The notes: generated by a model from the letters alone, not told the origin. 64,000 nucleotides of DNA from Mobula hypostoma (GCF_963921235.1 NC_086097.1:25856001-25920000), one strand, 5' to 3'; counted from the stretch's first letter, positions 49,510 to 62,940 are shown. Translations and numbers: made by a program.

Positions 49510-52340
49510 ATGAAGCCAGTCCTCTTCAGGGAATCAGAAGTGGGGAGAGTCAGTGAGTCTTAAGGTGTTACCATTTCAGAAGACCTGTCCTGGCACAGCA
49601 TATAAGTGCAATTACAAAGAAGGTACGGCAGCAGCTCTACTTTCTTAGGAGTCTGCGGAGATTTGGCCTGACATCAAAAGCTTTGATAAACCTCTATAGA
49701 TGTGTGAGATGTGTGATTGAGAGGGTATTGACTGGCTGAATCACAGCTTGGTATGGAAACATCAATGCCCTTGAACAGAAAATCCTAAAAAAAAAGTGAT
49801 GGATACGGCCCAGTCCATCATGGGTAAAGCCCTCCCCATCAGTGAGCACATCAACACGGGGCATTGTTGCAGAGAAGCAGCATCCATCATCAGGGACCCC
49901 CAACTCCCTGGTCATGCTGCTGCCATCAGGAAGAAGGTACAGGACCCTCAGGACATGTGCAATTTTCCAGTCTTCTGGAACCATTCCAGAATTAATTATT
50001 CTTGAAAGATCATTACTAATGCCTCCACAATCTCTGACAGAACCCCAGGGTGTACACCATCTGGTTCAGGTGATGCATCTACCTTCAGACTTTCAGTTTC
50101 CCAATAACCTTATCTCCAGTTATGGTAACTTCACACACTTCATGTCTCCCGACACCTGGACCTTCTACCATACTGCTAGTGTCTTCTACAGTGAAGATTG
50201 ATGCAAAATACTTATTCAGTTCATCTGCTATTTCTTTGTCCCCCATTACTACATTGTTTTCCAGTGGTCCGATAATCCACTCTCACCTTCCTTTTACACT
50301 TTATGTATCTGAAGAAGTTTTTGGTCTCCTCTTTAATATTATTGGCTAGCTTACTTTTGTATGTCAAAATGGTTGTTGTGACATTTCTAGGGTGGTACTA
50401 TAGTGGGTAGTGTTTGTCGCTCTCACTTTCAGCTTCCATCACTTGCGAAAAGGAGAGCTGAATGCGTGAGTCTCTCCCTGCCAGTACACAGCCTCTCTGA
50501 CAGCATGTAGTACCTCCTCACTGGTAACACACAGAAACTGAACTTCTTTTAGACTCAGGCTGAACTACAGAGAATAGGGAGGAGGTCTGGCCCCTGCACA
50601 CGTAGCATGCAGGCCCGCTGACGTAAGGACACGCCCTGGTGCTTGTGTACCAGATCCCCAGCTATGGATAAATAGCTCCACTGCTTTGTGGGCATCCTTA
50701 GGAGAGACGAAGGCTACAAGAATAAGCCCAGTTAGCAAATCCAGAGTGGAGCCCCCAAGGCGGATGGATGACATTGAACATCCTTATGGCAGCTCCTGCA
50801 GCCAAGTATATTGCTTCATAATTTTTCCTTTGGACCACACTGGTGTGGCCGAGAGGAATCTTGACGACTGGGCATCTCTGGATCTCCGTACCTTCTGCTC
50901 AGGCTTGTGATGATGCTGATCATCACCCATTCTCCTTTGAGACAGACGGTTGCCAATTACCACCACAAGCACTTTCATATTCCATCTTTTATCTTATTAA
51001 TGCCTTTTTAGTTGCCTTCTGTTGGTTTTTAAAAGCTTCCTAATCCTTTAACTTCCCACTAACCTTTGCTCTATTATATGCCCTTCTTTGTATTTTATTT
51101 TGGCCTCGACTTCTCTTGTTAGCCATGGTTGTGTCATCTTTCCTTTAGAATACATCTTCCTCTTTGGGATGTATATATCCTGAGCCTTCTGATTTGCTTC
51201 CATAAATTCCAGCCATTGCTGATCTGCTGTCATCCCTACCAAAGTTCTTTTCCAAGCAATTCCGGCCAACTCTTCTCTCATGCCTCTGTAATTCACTTTA
51301 TTCTCTTGTAATACTGATACATCTGACTTTAGCTTCCACTTCTCAAATTTCAAGGTGAATTCAATCATATTATGAACACTTACCCCTAAAGGTTCTTTTA
51401 CCTTGAGCTCTGTAATCAATTCTGGTTCATTTCAACACCCAATCGAGAGTAGATTGAACAGATCCCACGGTCTATGGACTCACTTTCAAGGACTTATACC
51501 ATGTCCTTGATATTTATTTGCTTTTTTTTTAAGTTCTTGTGTATTTGCAGATTGTTGTCCACACTGTTGGGTGTGGTTTTTCATTAATTCTATTATGGGT
51601 ATTGGATTTACTGAATATGCCCTAAAGAAAATGAGGTTCAGAGTTCTATATGGTGACTTGTATGTACTTGAATAATAAACCTTTGAACTTAATAAATAAA
51701 TAAGCAATAAATATCCAGAACATGAGATGAAGAGTCCTTGAAAGTGAGTCCATGTTTAGTTTAGTGATAGGGCAAGCGAAGTTATCCCCTCTGGTTCAAG
51801 AGCCTGATGGTTGAGGGGTAATAACTATTCCTGAACTTGGTAGTATGTGTCCTGAGGATCATGTACCTTCTTCCTGATGGCAGCAGTGAGAAGGGAGCAT
51901 AGCCTGGTATGTGAGGGTCCTTGATGATGGATGCTGCTTTCCTGCAACATTGCTCCATGTAGATGTGCTCGATGGGGAGAGCTTTACCCATGGTGGACTG
52001 GGCCGCATCCACTACCTTTTATAGGGTTTTCCATTCAAGGGCATTGGTGTTTCCATATCAGACCGTGATGCATCCAGTCAATATACTCTCCACCACACAT
52101 CTATAGAAGTTTGTCAAGTTTTAGATGACACGTTAAAACTTTGCAAACTTCTAAGAAAGTAGAGGCACTGCTGTGCTTTCTTTATAATGGCACTTGTGTG
52201 CAAAACCGAGTATGGATCCTCTGAAATGATAACACCCAGAAATTCAAATTTGCTGACCCTCTCCACCTCTGATGCCCTGATGAGAACTGGCTCATGGACC
52301 TCTGGTTTCCTCCTCCTGAAGTTAATAATCAGCTCTTGAT
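49510..52340. mobile_element. Mosaic of Rex1/Babar (+ 49510-49955; - 51700-52340) and CR1 (- 49956-51450) fragments
   Basis: EVERVSKFEFLGVIISED, KKAQQCLYFLRSL, PSGRRY..TTKFRNSYYP; VKEPLGVSVHNMIEF. Confidence 0.75.
50362..50970 (+). mobile_element. Unassigned ~600-bp insertion in a CR1 (possibly an RTE-derived non-autonomous element)
   Basis: CR1 ...gctagcttacttttgtat is interrupted and resumes at ctttcatattccatc; insert ends in a (CAC)n-like tail. Confidence 0.45.
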
Positions 52341-52984
52341 CTTGTGGGAATGGGACCCCCTTCTGGGCTTTCACAACTGGCTGTTATTCAACATGCTAAG
52401 GGTACAGCCTAGGAGCTCAGCTCGCCTTCGGAGGGCCGCAATCACATGGCTCTGGAGATGGGCCGATCAGTGTGTCATGGTGGTCAGATCTATGGCTGTG
52501 TGCCCAGAGACCTGCAATCTTTGGGCACAGAGCTCGGAAAAAGTGATGCAACAGACTTTTAACATCATAAACCACCGAGCTGTTTGTTATGTCTCTCCTC
52601 TCGCTGTGAAACGGAAATACCTTTCCTCCCTTATTAGGGAGAGAGCAAGCCTGTGGTATGCCAAATACTAGATGAACAAGTAGTCTTCGGGATACTGCAA
52701 GTATATGTCTTTGCTGCACGCTTGAGTGCTTGGTGGCAGGTGCCGATGCTTTTTTTTGTTGATGGGGAGGGGGGGATCATTGCTTGCTGCCGCTTACGCA
52801 TGGGAGGGAGGGAAGGGAGGGGAGCTGGGGTTCTAACATTAAACTGTCATTCATTCTTTGGGGGCACTCCTCTGTTTTTGTGGATGGTTGCAAAGAAAAA
52901 GCATTTCAGGATGTATATTGTATACATTTCACTGGCATTAAATGTACCTTTGAAACATTTGAGTATTGCACCTGAGGAAAGTTA

Positions 52985-53203
52985 GCGTAGTAATTACAAA
53001 GGGGACAAATACTTTTCCAGCCTTCACACTTTTGATTTTTTTTAGTAAACTGTTGATGGGTTTTGGAATTTTTCTTTTGATTTGACATGATGCACAATTC
53101 TGCAGATTAGCTCAAAAAACCCTACTTCATATTTTAAAATCAGAAAATGAGACAATAAAATATGAAAACAATTGTGGGGGCAGAATACTTTTTCCAAGGC
53201 ACT
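52985..53203 (+). mobile_element. Solo right IR/DR terminus of a Tc1-like transposon
   Basis: Direct repeats ggggacaaatacttttc (about 53001) and ggggcagaatactttttccaaggcact (about 53178-53202), about 180 bp apart. Confidence 0.6.
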
Positions 53204-54299
53204 TTACTTACAAAGGAGGACTGCTTATGAAGCAGCTCACGGAATCAAACCACTTCCAATGGAATCATCTGAGCATGATTTGGCACTGCCAGAGATGGCG
53301 GAGCAGGGAATAGCAGCTGTTACACCTGTGCACCTGGCTGCCTAGAGGTTCTTGAGCAGCCACTCTAACCCTCTTCACAATTCACTTATTTTTCGGTTCA
53401 ATGTTTTTGTAACGCTCACTGTTTGTGTACTGTATGTGCACCTCAACTCTGAAAACTAATTCAAAACTCAAATTGTAAAGGGATTGCTTTTGGATAAAAA
53501 TTCATTTGACAGAAATTAATTTAAAATCTTTTTTCATGTACTGTTATGAAGCTGGAATTCAGCAGGGCAATTGCCTAAAATATCAAAATCAAAAAGGTCA
53601 AAATTGAGAAGGAATAGTAAATCAGCTGTGAGCAAGTTGTGGAGCAGACTCAATGGGCCAAATAGCCTAATTCGCTCCTATGTCTGATAAACAAGACTCA
53701 TCTGTTCTTTGCCTCATCCATTTATCTCTCTCTCTATTCTCTCTCTCTCTTCCAGTCAAGGTAACGTCAAGCTGCGATGTCCTTACATAGTGGCTCAGAC
53801 ATGGTTGATTTTAGGCTCATAAGGATGGTTTTGGGGGAAGTTAGGGGGGCAGGTTGGGAGTTCAAGGACAAGGATGAGAGGAGTTAGGAGTCAAGAGTTA
53901 GCGGCAGTAGCCGGTGCTGACATGTCGGCCAGCAATCCCTGGTCGACAGCAGATTCTACAGATGAGGAATGGTGAACCCCACCCAACCACTCAGTGAACT
54001 GCCCTGGATCAGTGAGTCCTGTGTTTGGAGAGGCTCCACGTCAGAGGCCTGATGACTGCAAGTCTGCGACTGTAGGATGAAGGCCCATCTGTGTGAGAGT
54101 GGGTGGGAGGGAGGAAATGGGCTTGTTTTGCTGTTATTGATCTATTGCTGTTCCTTGTTGTTCTCCTGAACATTGAGAGCATGCTATTTTGGTGCCGGAA
54201 GGCATGGCAACACTTGTGGGCTGTCCCTGCACATTCTTGGGTGTGTTAGCTAATGCAAACAACATATTTCACTGTATGTTTTGATGTACATGTAGTAAA

Positions 54300-56518
54300 T
54301 AATCTGAATAATCACATCTATATATTTCTGGAAATAAGTAATTTCTCGTAACTCAAAAATACTTGTACAATGGCTTTTTCAGGTAACTTGGTCCATCACA
54401 CATCACAGTACTTGAAGGGTAAATGAGTTATCTGACCTGTTGACATACGGTAGTCGTTTTAGCAGAACTTCCCTGCTTGACTAGGGAATAATTAGAATGA
54501 ATTACTGCCTTCATTTTGAAAAAAGAACAATCACCTTGATCCTGTGATCTACCTTGGAATTGCTCCTTGGTTAGCAGTAAGTAGATTGGGTTCTTCATTG
54601 GAGATGCATAGATTTTGGCCAACTCATCTCAATGAAAGTTGAAATACTGTTCCAAAAACATTACAAATCGTGAAAGTTTAATTTTTGTACAATGAATTGT
54701 CCAATTTGAGATTCACAATATATTTGAAATAAAAAATATAAATTATAACAAAGTATTCATTCTCACTCAGTTTAAAATGTTGAAGCTGGGGTTAATAATA
54801 TACATATATACATCTACCACCCCTCCCCACCCAAACATTCTGATTTAAAACCTACATGATTAGGGCAAACTGTAAATATATTCTATGTCTGCAACTTATT
54901 TCCCCCCAGAGAAATTACACAAAATCTAGGTAAATTAAAGGAATAAACACAAACTTTAAGGGTGTTTTTAATTAATTTTTCTGCAAAGGCAAAATACTTT
55001 AAGTAACTTAAAATAGATCTTAGAACAAGAAAATACTAAGTTCTCTAATTGTCTTACAAGCAGGGCCTTAAACAAAGATGACTTTATTTTATTAAGAACC
55101 TTGATTTAAATGGTACAAGATGAATTATACAAACATAATAAATAGATTTCCCTCTTACATTTATGTACAACACCAGTTGACAAGGGCAAGAAGTTGTGGG
55201 GTGTAGAAAAGAGATCAGCTAATTAAAACTGATCTTTCTCCCCACCCAACTTGCCGTGTGTACAGGCTTTTCTCTTAATTTAAAAAAAAACAAAAATTGT
55301 AAATGGTTGGTTTTGTCTCAGAAAGCAAATTAAATTTTTCTTCCAAAAGGCGCTCATCTTTTTTTTGCAAGTTCCACCATTCTATGTGCAAACTTTGTCA
55401 CTTCCTTCTCTCAAGAATCATTTCAGTTATCGCATAATACTGTCTCTGTTGAAAACGTAGCTAAAAGTGATATCGCTGTCATCATTTTTAAAAAGGTAAA
55501 TTCCCTCACTCTTCTAATAAATTCCAAAGTCTTCCACAAGATTAAAAAACCCATTATATAAAACAGGAGGGGACCAGGAAGGGAATAAAACAGAGAAAAT
55601 GTAAAAGGAATGATGATTTCTATTCAAACCTAATGTGGCAGTCCAAAATAAAAGTTGTCAATTAAAATTAGGCTGCGCACTGATCTACAGTATAGCTCGA
55701 TGTGCCACATGGAGAAAAATAAACTATGAACCATGCTGCAAAAGGAACACTTGATAACAGCACTATATAAGAGCACAATTTGGTGTGTTCAGCCTCAGGG
55801 ATCGGGCTGACTTTTAGAATTTATCACAGGTATGGCGTGAAAACAATAGGTTAGTAGAGTCTGTCTCAACTACATTGCATACCGTAATAAAATCACAGCA
55901 TAAAAAAGGTAAACAGAATACATGTCAAGGTTATCAAACTGTTCGCAATTCAAAGTCATCTATCAACTTTGCTCTACTTTTTTTTAAAATATATCAGCCA
56001 TTGTTATACCTTAATGATACATTGGTCCTGGCTCTGGAAGTTATTCAATCACTATGTGGGTGAAGGGATTTGAATTTACAAGATATTTTTCCCCAGCTAT
56101 AAACCTCCCCTATAAAAGAACATATTTTTTTAAACTTTTATATATTTAGTTTCTATGCAATTCAAATGACAGCACTTAGCACAAAGCACAGTGACCAGGT
56201 CCTCTAAATGCTTTCTCCTTGGAAGAGTCTTGGAGCTTGTAAACTCATTAGCTCTGTGGATGTATTCATCAATCAGCAAGCAATGACTGTATTATGGTAT
56301 GACTGATAGTTAAGCACACTGTTCTTTTGTTTCTTTGTAAAATGTTAGCCAGTTCAGTGGCAAGGCTTTTTCCCCCATGTAATGTAGTGTTGTACAACTC
56401 AGTAGCTTGGGTTCCAGTAGTTCTGTATTCGTTTCACTTGCAGGCTTCATACTCCAGTTTAAGTGCACATTAGTCCAGCCCAATAAGCCTGTCCTTTTCT
56501 TTAGGAAGATCTGAATTC
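54300..56518 (-). other. GTF2A1: Probable GTF2A1 3' UTR (distal end uncertain)
   Basis: About 2 kb of AT-rich sequence with no recognisable TE directly after the stop; minus-strand AATAAA at 55083-55088 and ATTAAA at 54677-54682. Confidence 0.6.
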
Positions 56519-56626
56519 TTACCACTCTGCATCTCCGATAGCTTTGGAAAAAACATAATCTCTCCCATTAAGGTTCATGATCCCATCCTTCAGGTGAAAC
56601 TTCCACTTATTCTTACTCCGGTGGAT
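56519..56626 (-). CDS. GTF2A1: GTF2A1 last coding exon (TFIIA beta-barrel C-terminus)
   Basis: Minus strand ctag|ATC CAC CGG...GAG TGG TAA; IHRSKNKWKFHLKDGIMNLNGRDYVFSKAIGDAEW*. Confidence 0.97.
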   Translation of the reverse strand: MHRSKNKWKFHLKDGIMNLNGRDYVFSKAIGDAEW

Positions 56627-59600
56627 CTAGAAACAACAATAATTGTTATGGTGAACAGTGCCACAAGGGTAACATAGATTTGCTTGCTCCTCCAACCATC
56701 CCCAACTTCAAGGTCTCAACTTCTGATGGTTTTGAGGAACAACAACTTCCTTCTCTGTCATAGGAAGGGTTGAAAAAGTTCTACCTTACGGAAAGTAATC
56801 TGAGGAGAGGACTTCGAAACAATTAAGGGTTTTGATAGGGTGGACACAGAGGTATCTCTTGAGCAGACTTCATATTCAGTCTCTTTTCCCAAATATGGGG
56901 CAGCAAAATAGCATAGCAATTAGCATAATGCTATTACAGTGCCAGCGACACAGGTTCAATACTGCTGCTGTCTGCAAGAAGTTTGTACATTCTCCCTATG
57001 ACCGCATGGATTTCCGCCAGACGCTCCAGCACAGGTTAGAAGGTTAACTGGTCATGTGAATGTAATTGGGTGGCACTGGCTTGTTGTGTCAGAAGGATCT
57101 GTTACTGTACTATATCTAAAGATTTAAACAAGATTTAAGATTAGCTTTATTTGTAACAAGTACATCAAAACATTGCGTTGTGAAATGCGTTGTTTGTATT
57201 AACGACCAAAACAGTCCAAGGATGTGCTGGGGGCAGCCTACGAGTATCACCATGCTACCAGTGCCAACAGAGCATGCCCACAACTTACTAACACGTACAT
57301 CTTTGGAATGTGGGAGGAAACTGGAGCACCCAGAGGAAACCCCCAGTCACAGGGAGAATGTACAAACTCCTTACAGGCAGCAGGAGTTGAACACTGATCA
57401 CTGGCACTGTAAAACGTTAAACTAACCGCTACACTACCATGCTAATCAACCATCAAGCAAGACAAGGGCAGCAATCAGAGGGAACAACATCTCCAAGTTC
57501 TCCTTCAAGTTGCATTCTATCCCAACTCGGGGAAGGCAATGTCCTGCTGAGAAGTTCCAGAAGTTCCTTTCCAAAATCACAGTGGAAAGATCAAGCTTCT
57601 CTCAAAGGGCAATCTCAAGGGGTGAAAGCACAAGGAAAAAGCTTACCTCTTTTACAGAGTAACTAGAACAGGACAGTAAATCCGCTTTAATAATGTCATC
57701 CGCTTAGTGAAAAATGTAAATGTGAAAGAAATTGCTGTCCTCCCCATTTCAAAACTCTAAAGAGAAAATGCTGAATCTTATTGTCTGCCTACACTGCATT
57801 TTCTCTGTAACTGTAACACTTCATTCCGCATTCTGTTATTGTTTTCCCTTGAACTACCTTGATGCACTTTTGTAATGGAAAAAAATTGCATGAATGGTAT
57901 GCACTGTAAAAAGGACATAAAATTAGCTGAAAATAATTTGATCTGTGGCTTCAACAAATGCAGTGATCTCAGGGGCAACTAAAACTATTTTCCAAAGTAG
58001 TCCAATTACGAAAATTTTTAGAATGTTATAGACAGTTGAAATTCATGCCAGAGAAATAGGAAGCTGCTTCAAAAGCCAACATAAAGGATACTGTTTCTTT
58101 TTTCTTCTTAGTGCCCAAAGTAAATAAACACATTGAATGGTTCATTACTGTTTGTTCAGCAATCTGCCAAAGCAAATCAAATATCTTATTATCCACACGC
58201 GCTTCTTCTCCTTTCTGACTACAATTACTTTCAGTGAGACACATATGAAAATTTCAATCAAAGAATAAATATTAAGTCAACAAATCTTCATCTAGAACAC
58301 TCCAAAAAACACCCTACCCAGTAGTCTGTTGCAGCTTCTGGATAACTGCAAGTATCTTGCTTCCCTTCCATTCTTGCTGCAGGTTTCTCCCCAATCATCT
58401 GTGGCTTGGAAAATGAAAAGGGCAAGAAGTAGATGCAACTCCAGCTGCTGAACTTACTGGAGTAGCTGTACAGATGCTCCCGCCATGATTTGCCCCTTAT
58501 CCCCTCCTAAAAATGAGTACAGCTGGTCTCATGTGAACAACTTCAATAATATCTTCCTCTGCCCTGCCTGTAGCTGCCAATTTCAGTAGGACCTTAACTT
58601 CTTGAACACATTCTGCACTAGCTCCACTTGACAAATAAATCCTGGCATTCCCACTAGTTTTTCCATCAGCCACAAAAGCTCTGAGATGACTGCAAATATC
58701 TTGCATACATTCATAGTTTAATAATCTACATATTCATAAATGAAGACAACTGGAACATAGTTCACTGTATCAACAGCGACAGCTCAGGGCGTCAGAGTTC
58801 AGAATTCAATTCCAATGCTGTCTGTAATAAGTTTGTACAAACTTCCTGTGAGCAGGTGGGTTCCTCCAGGTGGTCCGGTTTCCTGTCACATTCCAAAGAT
58901 GTACCAGCTAGTAGGTTAATTGTGCTGTGATGGGATTAGGGTTAAATAGGCAGCTTGCTGGGCCAGAAGAGCCTGTTCCACGCTGTATTTTTACTTTATT
59001 TATTTAGAGATTCAGCACAGTAACTGGCTATTCCAGACCAACAAGCCCACATCACCTAATTACAGCCGTGTGACCAATTATCTTACTAATCTGTACATCT
59101 TTAGATTTTGGGAGGAAACAGGATCACCCAAAGTAAACCCACATGGCCATGGGGGAAGAAGTACAAACAGCAGCCAGAATTGAAACCTGGTCGCTGATGT
59201 AATAGTGTTACGCTAACTGTGACACTACAATGCCACCATAAGAGGGAAATCTCATTTATTTATTTAGAGATAAATTGGCCCAACAAACAAATAAATAGCC
59301 ACAGTAAAGGCCCTTCGGCCCACGATGTTATGCCAATCTTTTAACCTACTCTGAAGATCAATCTAACCCTTCCCTCCTACGCAGTCCTCCATTTTTTCTA
59401 TTATTCATGTGCTTATATAAGGGTATCTGTCTCTGCTACCATCCCAGGAAAGGCATTCCACACACCTATCATTCTCTGTATAAAAGATTTACCTCTGACA
59501 TCCCCCTTTATTTTCCTCCAACTACTTAAAATTATGCCCCTGCATATTTGCCATTTCCACCGTGGCTATCCACTATATCCACGTCTCTTATCATCCTGTA

Positions 59601-61108
59601 CACATCTATCAAGTCACCTCTCATCCTCTTTCACTCCAAAGTGAAAAGCCTTAGTATGTTCAACCTAACTTCATTAGACATGCTCTCTAATCCAGGCAGC
59701 ATCCTGGTATAAATCCTCTGCACCCTCTCTAAAGTTCCCACATCATTCTTATAATGAGGTGACCAGAAGTGAACAACTAAGGGTCACAACACCAATACTG
59801 TGGACAAGTAGGCCCATTGACAAGAATCTGAATGGCCAAAGCAAAGTAAGCTACAGAATAAGTGCAGGTATATGAAATTAGTACATATGATCAACATGGC
59901 CATGATGGACCAAATGCCCAACTCTGGGTATTTGACTGACTAAATGAATATGGCAACACTGCAAAAAAAATGGAGCACAGGTAGAAGATGGGGTATAACC
60001 CTGGTTTCAAGAGCCCTGAGGTTTTATTTTAGTTCCTAATATTTGCAGTTCCCCCATAAATTTCCTCCACAGACTCTTCAGTCTTTCCTGTAACATAATG
60101 ACCAAGAATATATGGTCATTATGGTCATATATGGAGGATAAGAGTTGACCTGATAGAGGTATATAAGACGATGACAGGCATTGATCTTGTGGATAGTCAG
60201 AGGCTTTTTCCCAGGGCTGAAATGGCTGCCACAAGAGGTTTAAGGTGCTTGGGAGTTGGTACAGAGGAGATGACAGGGGTAAGTTTTTTTACACAGAGAG
60301 TGGTGAGTGCGTGGAATGGGCTGCCGGCAATGGTGGTGGAGGCGAACACAACAGGGTCTTTTAAGAGACTTTTGGATAGAGCTTAGGAAAATAGAGGGCT
60401 ATGGGTAACCCTAGTAATTTCTAAGGTAGGGACATGTTTGGAACAACTTTGTGGGCCGAAGGGTTTGTATTGTGCTGTAGGTTTTCTATGCTTCTATGTT
60501 TCTAATATATGAAATTCTCAAGCTCTGATCCAACTAGTACTGCACTGTGTATATTTTTTATTCACCCTGCTTTAATATTCTACGTTCCAGTTAATAAAGA
60601 AAATCATCCTATATTCCTTTATAACCATGTTATTCCGTTGTCCTGCCATCTTTCAAGATGCTAGTAAGTACACTTCCAGTTTCCTTTGATCCTCCATGTT
60701 ACTTAATAATCTCCCATTTATTGTATATTTCCATACCTTTTCACATCTGACCATATGCATTACCTCACACTTCTCAGGATTAAACTTTTTTTTGCCACTT
60801 TCTTTTTTCTCTTTATCTGCAGCTAAAGGCGAGGGAGTTGTGGACACGCTATGCCAGTACCACGGGCTGCTCAGCACAATCTTCACTGATTTGATGCAAT
60901 TTCACTGTATAAGTGACAAATAAGGCTAATCTTCATTTGTCTTCCTACTGAAGGAAGTGTTTGTCCACAATATAAACCACACAGCCAGATTTGTATTATC
61001 TGCAAATTATTTTATTATACTCTCTACAATTATATCACCGCTTCGGTTGTAGTCAGCCAGAGCTATCAGTAGTTCAACAAATTGGTTCATCATAAAAAGA
61101 GAAAAATA

Positions 61109-61746
61109 CACTCAGTGCTCTCTTTATTAGGTGCACCACTACAATTAATCCAAATATCTAATCAGCCAATCATGTGGCAGCAACTCAATGGATATAAGCA
61201 CACAGACATGGTCAAGAGATTCAGTTGCTGTTCAGACCAAACAACAGAACGGGGAAAGAGATGTGATCTAAGTGACTTTAACTGTAGAATGATTGCTAGT
61301 GCCAGACGGGGTGGTTGGAGTATCTCAGAAACTGCTGATCTCCTGAGGTTTTCCCACACTACAGACTGTTTTTGCACCATTCTCTGTACACTCCAAAGGG
61401 TATCCAGTGAGCAGTAATTCCACAGGAGAAAAGGCATTGTTAATGAGAGGTGAGGGGAGAATGGCCACATTAATTCAGCTGACAGGAAGGCAACAGTAAC
61501 TCAAATAACAACATGTTACAACAATAGTGAGCAGAACAGCATTTCTAAATGCCTGAAACGTCGACTGCACCTCTTCCTGTAGATGCTGCTTGGCCTGCTG
61601 CGTTCACCAGCAACTTTGATGTATGTTTCTAAATGCACAACCCGTTAAACCTTGAAGAGGATGGGGTGCTGCAGAAGACCATGAACATACACTCAGGGGC
61701 CACTTTATTAGATATAGGAGGTACCTAATAAATTGGCCACTAAGTG
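61109..61746 (+). mobile_element. Internally deleted Tc1-like transposon
   Basis: TA|CACTCAGTG..CTTTATTAGGT ... ACCTAATAAATTGGCCACTAAGTG|TA; transposase N-terminus GKRCDLSDF..MIASARRGGWSISETADLLRFSHTT. Confidence 0.85.
61553..61625 (+). mobile_element. 73-bp Penelope-derived insert with 11-bp TSD
   Basis: tttctaaatgc at 61542-61552 and 61626-61636; insert begins ctGAAACGTCGACT. Confidence 0.8.
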
Positions 61747-62629
61747 TAGGTACACAATGTATAATGAGAACTTATTTTGCAGTGCTCAATGGCTTTTTCC
61801 AGAAGAGTTCATGATTTGCAAATAACTGCAAGTATTATCTCCAGCATACAGTGCTTTAATGAAAATTAAAACTGCAATTTCTCTATAATCTAACCCACCC
61901 GCATACACTCAAACCTCTATAATTCATACAAATCTAGTCTTGTATGAAAATTTTAAATGTTCAATAGATACCTAATTTTCCAGTCCGTTTACCTTTTGGG
62001 GAGTCTTCCTAAATCAGGAGGCAAATGCAAGGCTTTAATGTGAAAAAGGCTGGAACCACAAAACTGCAAATAAGCTTAATGCTGTCAGTTCTGATTAGAG
62101 ACCAGCTCCAGAAAAACCTGGCCCACAGTATTTGCCTTAGAAAGCAAACCACTTACAAGTCAACAGAATAACTTTGCTCATGCCCAGAAATTGGGTAAGA
62201 TTTCCAAACTCTAAATTCCATAAGTTCCCATCTCAGATTTTTTTGCAGAGTTAAAATAAACCAACCCTTCTCAGGTTCTGAAACGTATGGTCAATAACAG
62301 CCAAGATGTTTCCACTCACTTTGTGAATCTCAGAATAAGCTGCTGCTATTCAGCACATAGCAAGTGAAACTGTGTCCTCTGATGAGTTGGACACTGCCTG
62401 CCAGATGGTTCTGTTTGTTTTAATTGTGGAAGTTTCTTTTTATAAACCTTCCTGTGCTAATACAAATTCAATAAATAGTATAAATATATCAAACAAAACA
62501 CAGCATCCAAAATCCTCTGAATAAAGTGTCACGAGTTAGGACTACCCGTACACGATTACTCGCTCAAAAGACCTTATGCAGAACTAATCCACTACTTCAT
62601 GTGATCATGCACTAACCATAATTCCTTAA

Positions 62630-62940
62630 GTCACAGAAGTAGAATCAAGCCATTCAGCCCATCAAATCTGCTCTACTATTCCATCATGGCTGATTTATTA
62701 TCCCTCTCAACACGATTCTTTTGCCTTCTCCCCGAAACCTTTGACGCCCTTACTAATCAAGAACCAAACAACTTCCACTTTAAATATACAAAATGACTCT
62801 GCCTCCACAGCCATTTATGGAAATTAATTCCATGGATTCACCACCCTCTGGCTAAAGAAATTCTGCTTCATCTTTGTTCTGAAGGGAGGTCTTTCTATCC
62901 TGAGGCAGTGCCCTCTTATCCTAGACTTCCTCACTATCAT
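62630..62940 (-). mobile_element. CR1 3' end in the GTF2A1 last intron
   Basis: Same 3' UTR as other CR1 copies (gccattcagcccatcaaatctgctc; ttcaccaccctctggctaaagaaatt). Confidence 0.75.

Noticed and set aside
53286..53304. CTCF-like motif (gccagagatggcgg)
   Set aside because: Spacing does not fit the core consensus; cannot be supported from sequence alone
62361..62397. GAAAC...GTC...CTGATGAG, a possible type II hammerhead
   Set aside because: Only 2 nt lie between GUC and CUGAUGA so stem I cannot form, and stem II pairing is poor; it is only a 6-bp gtgtcc/ggacac hairpin
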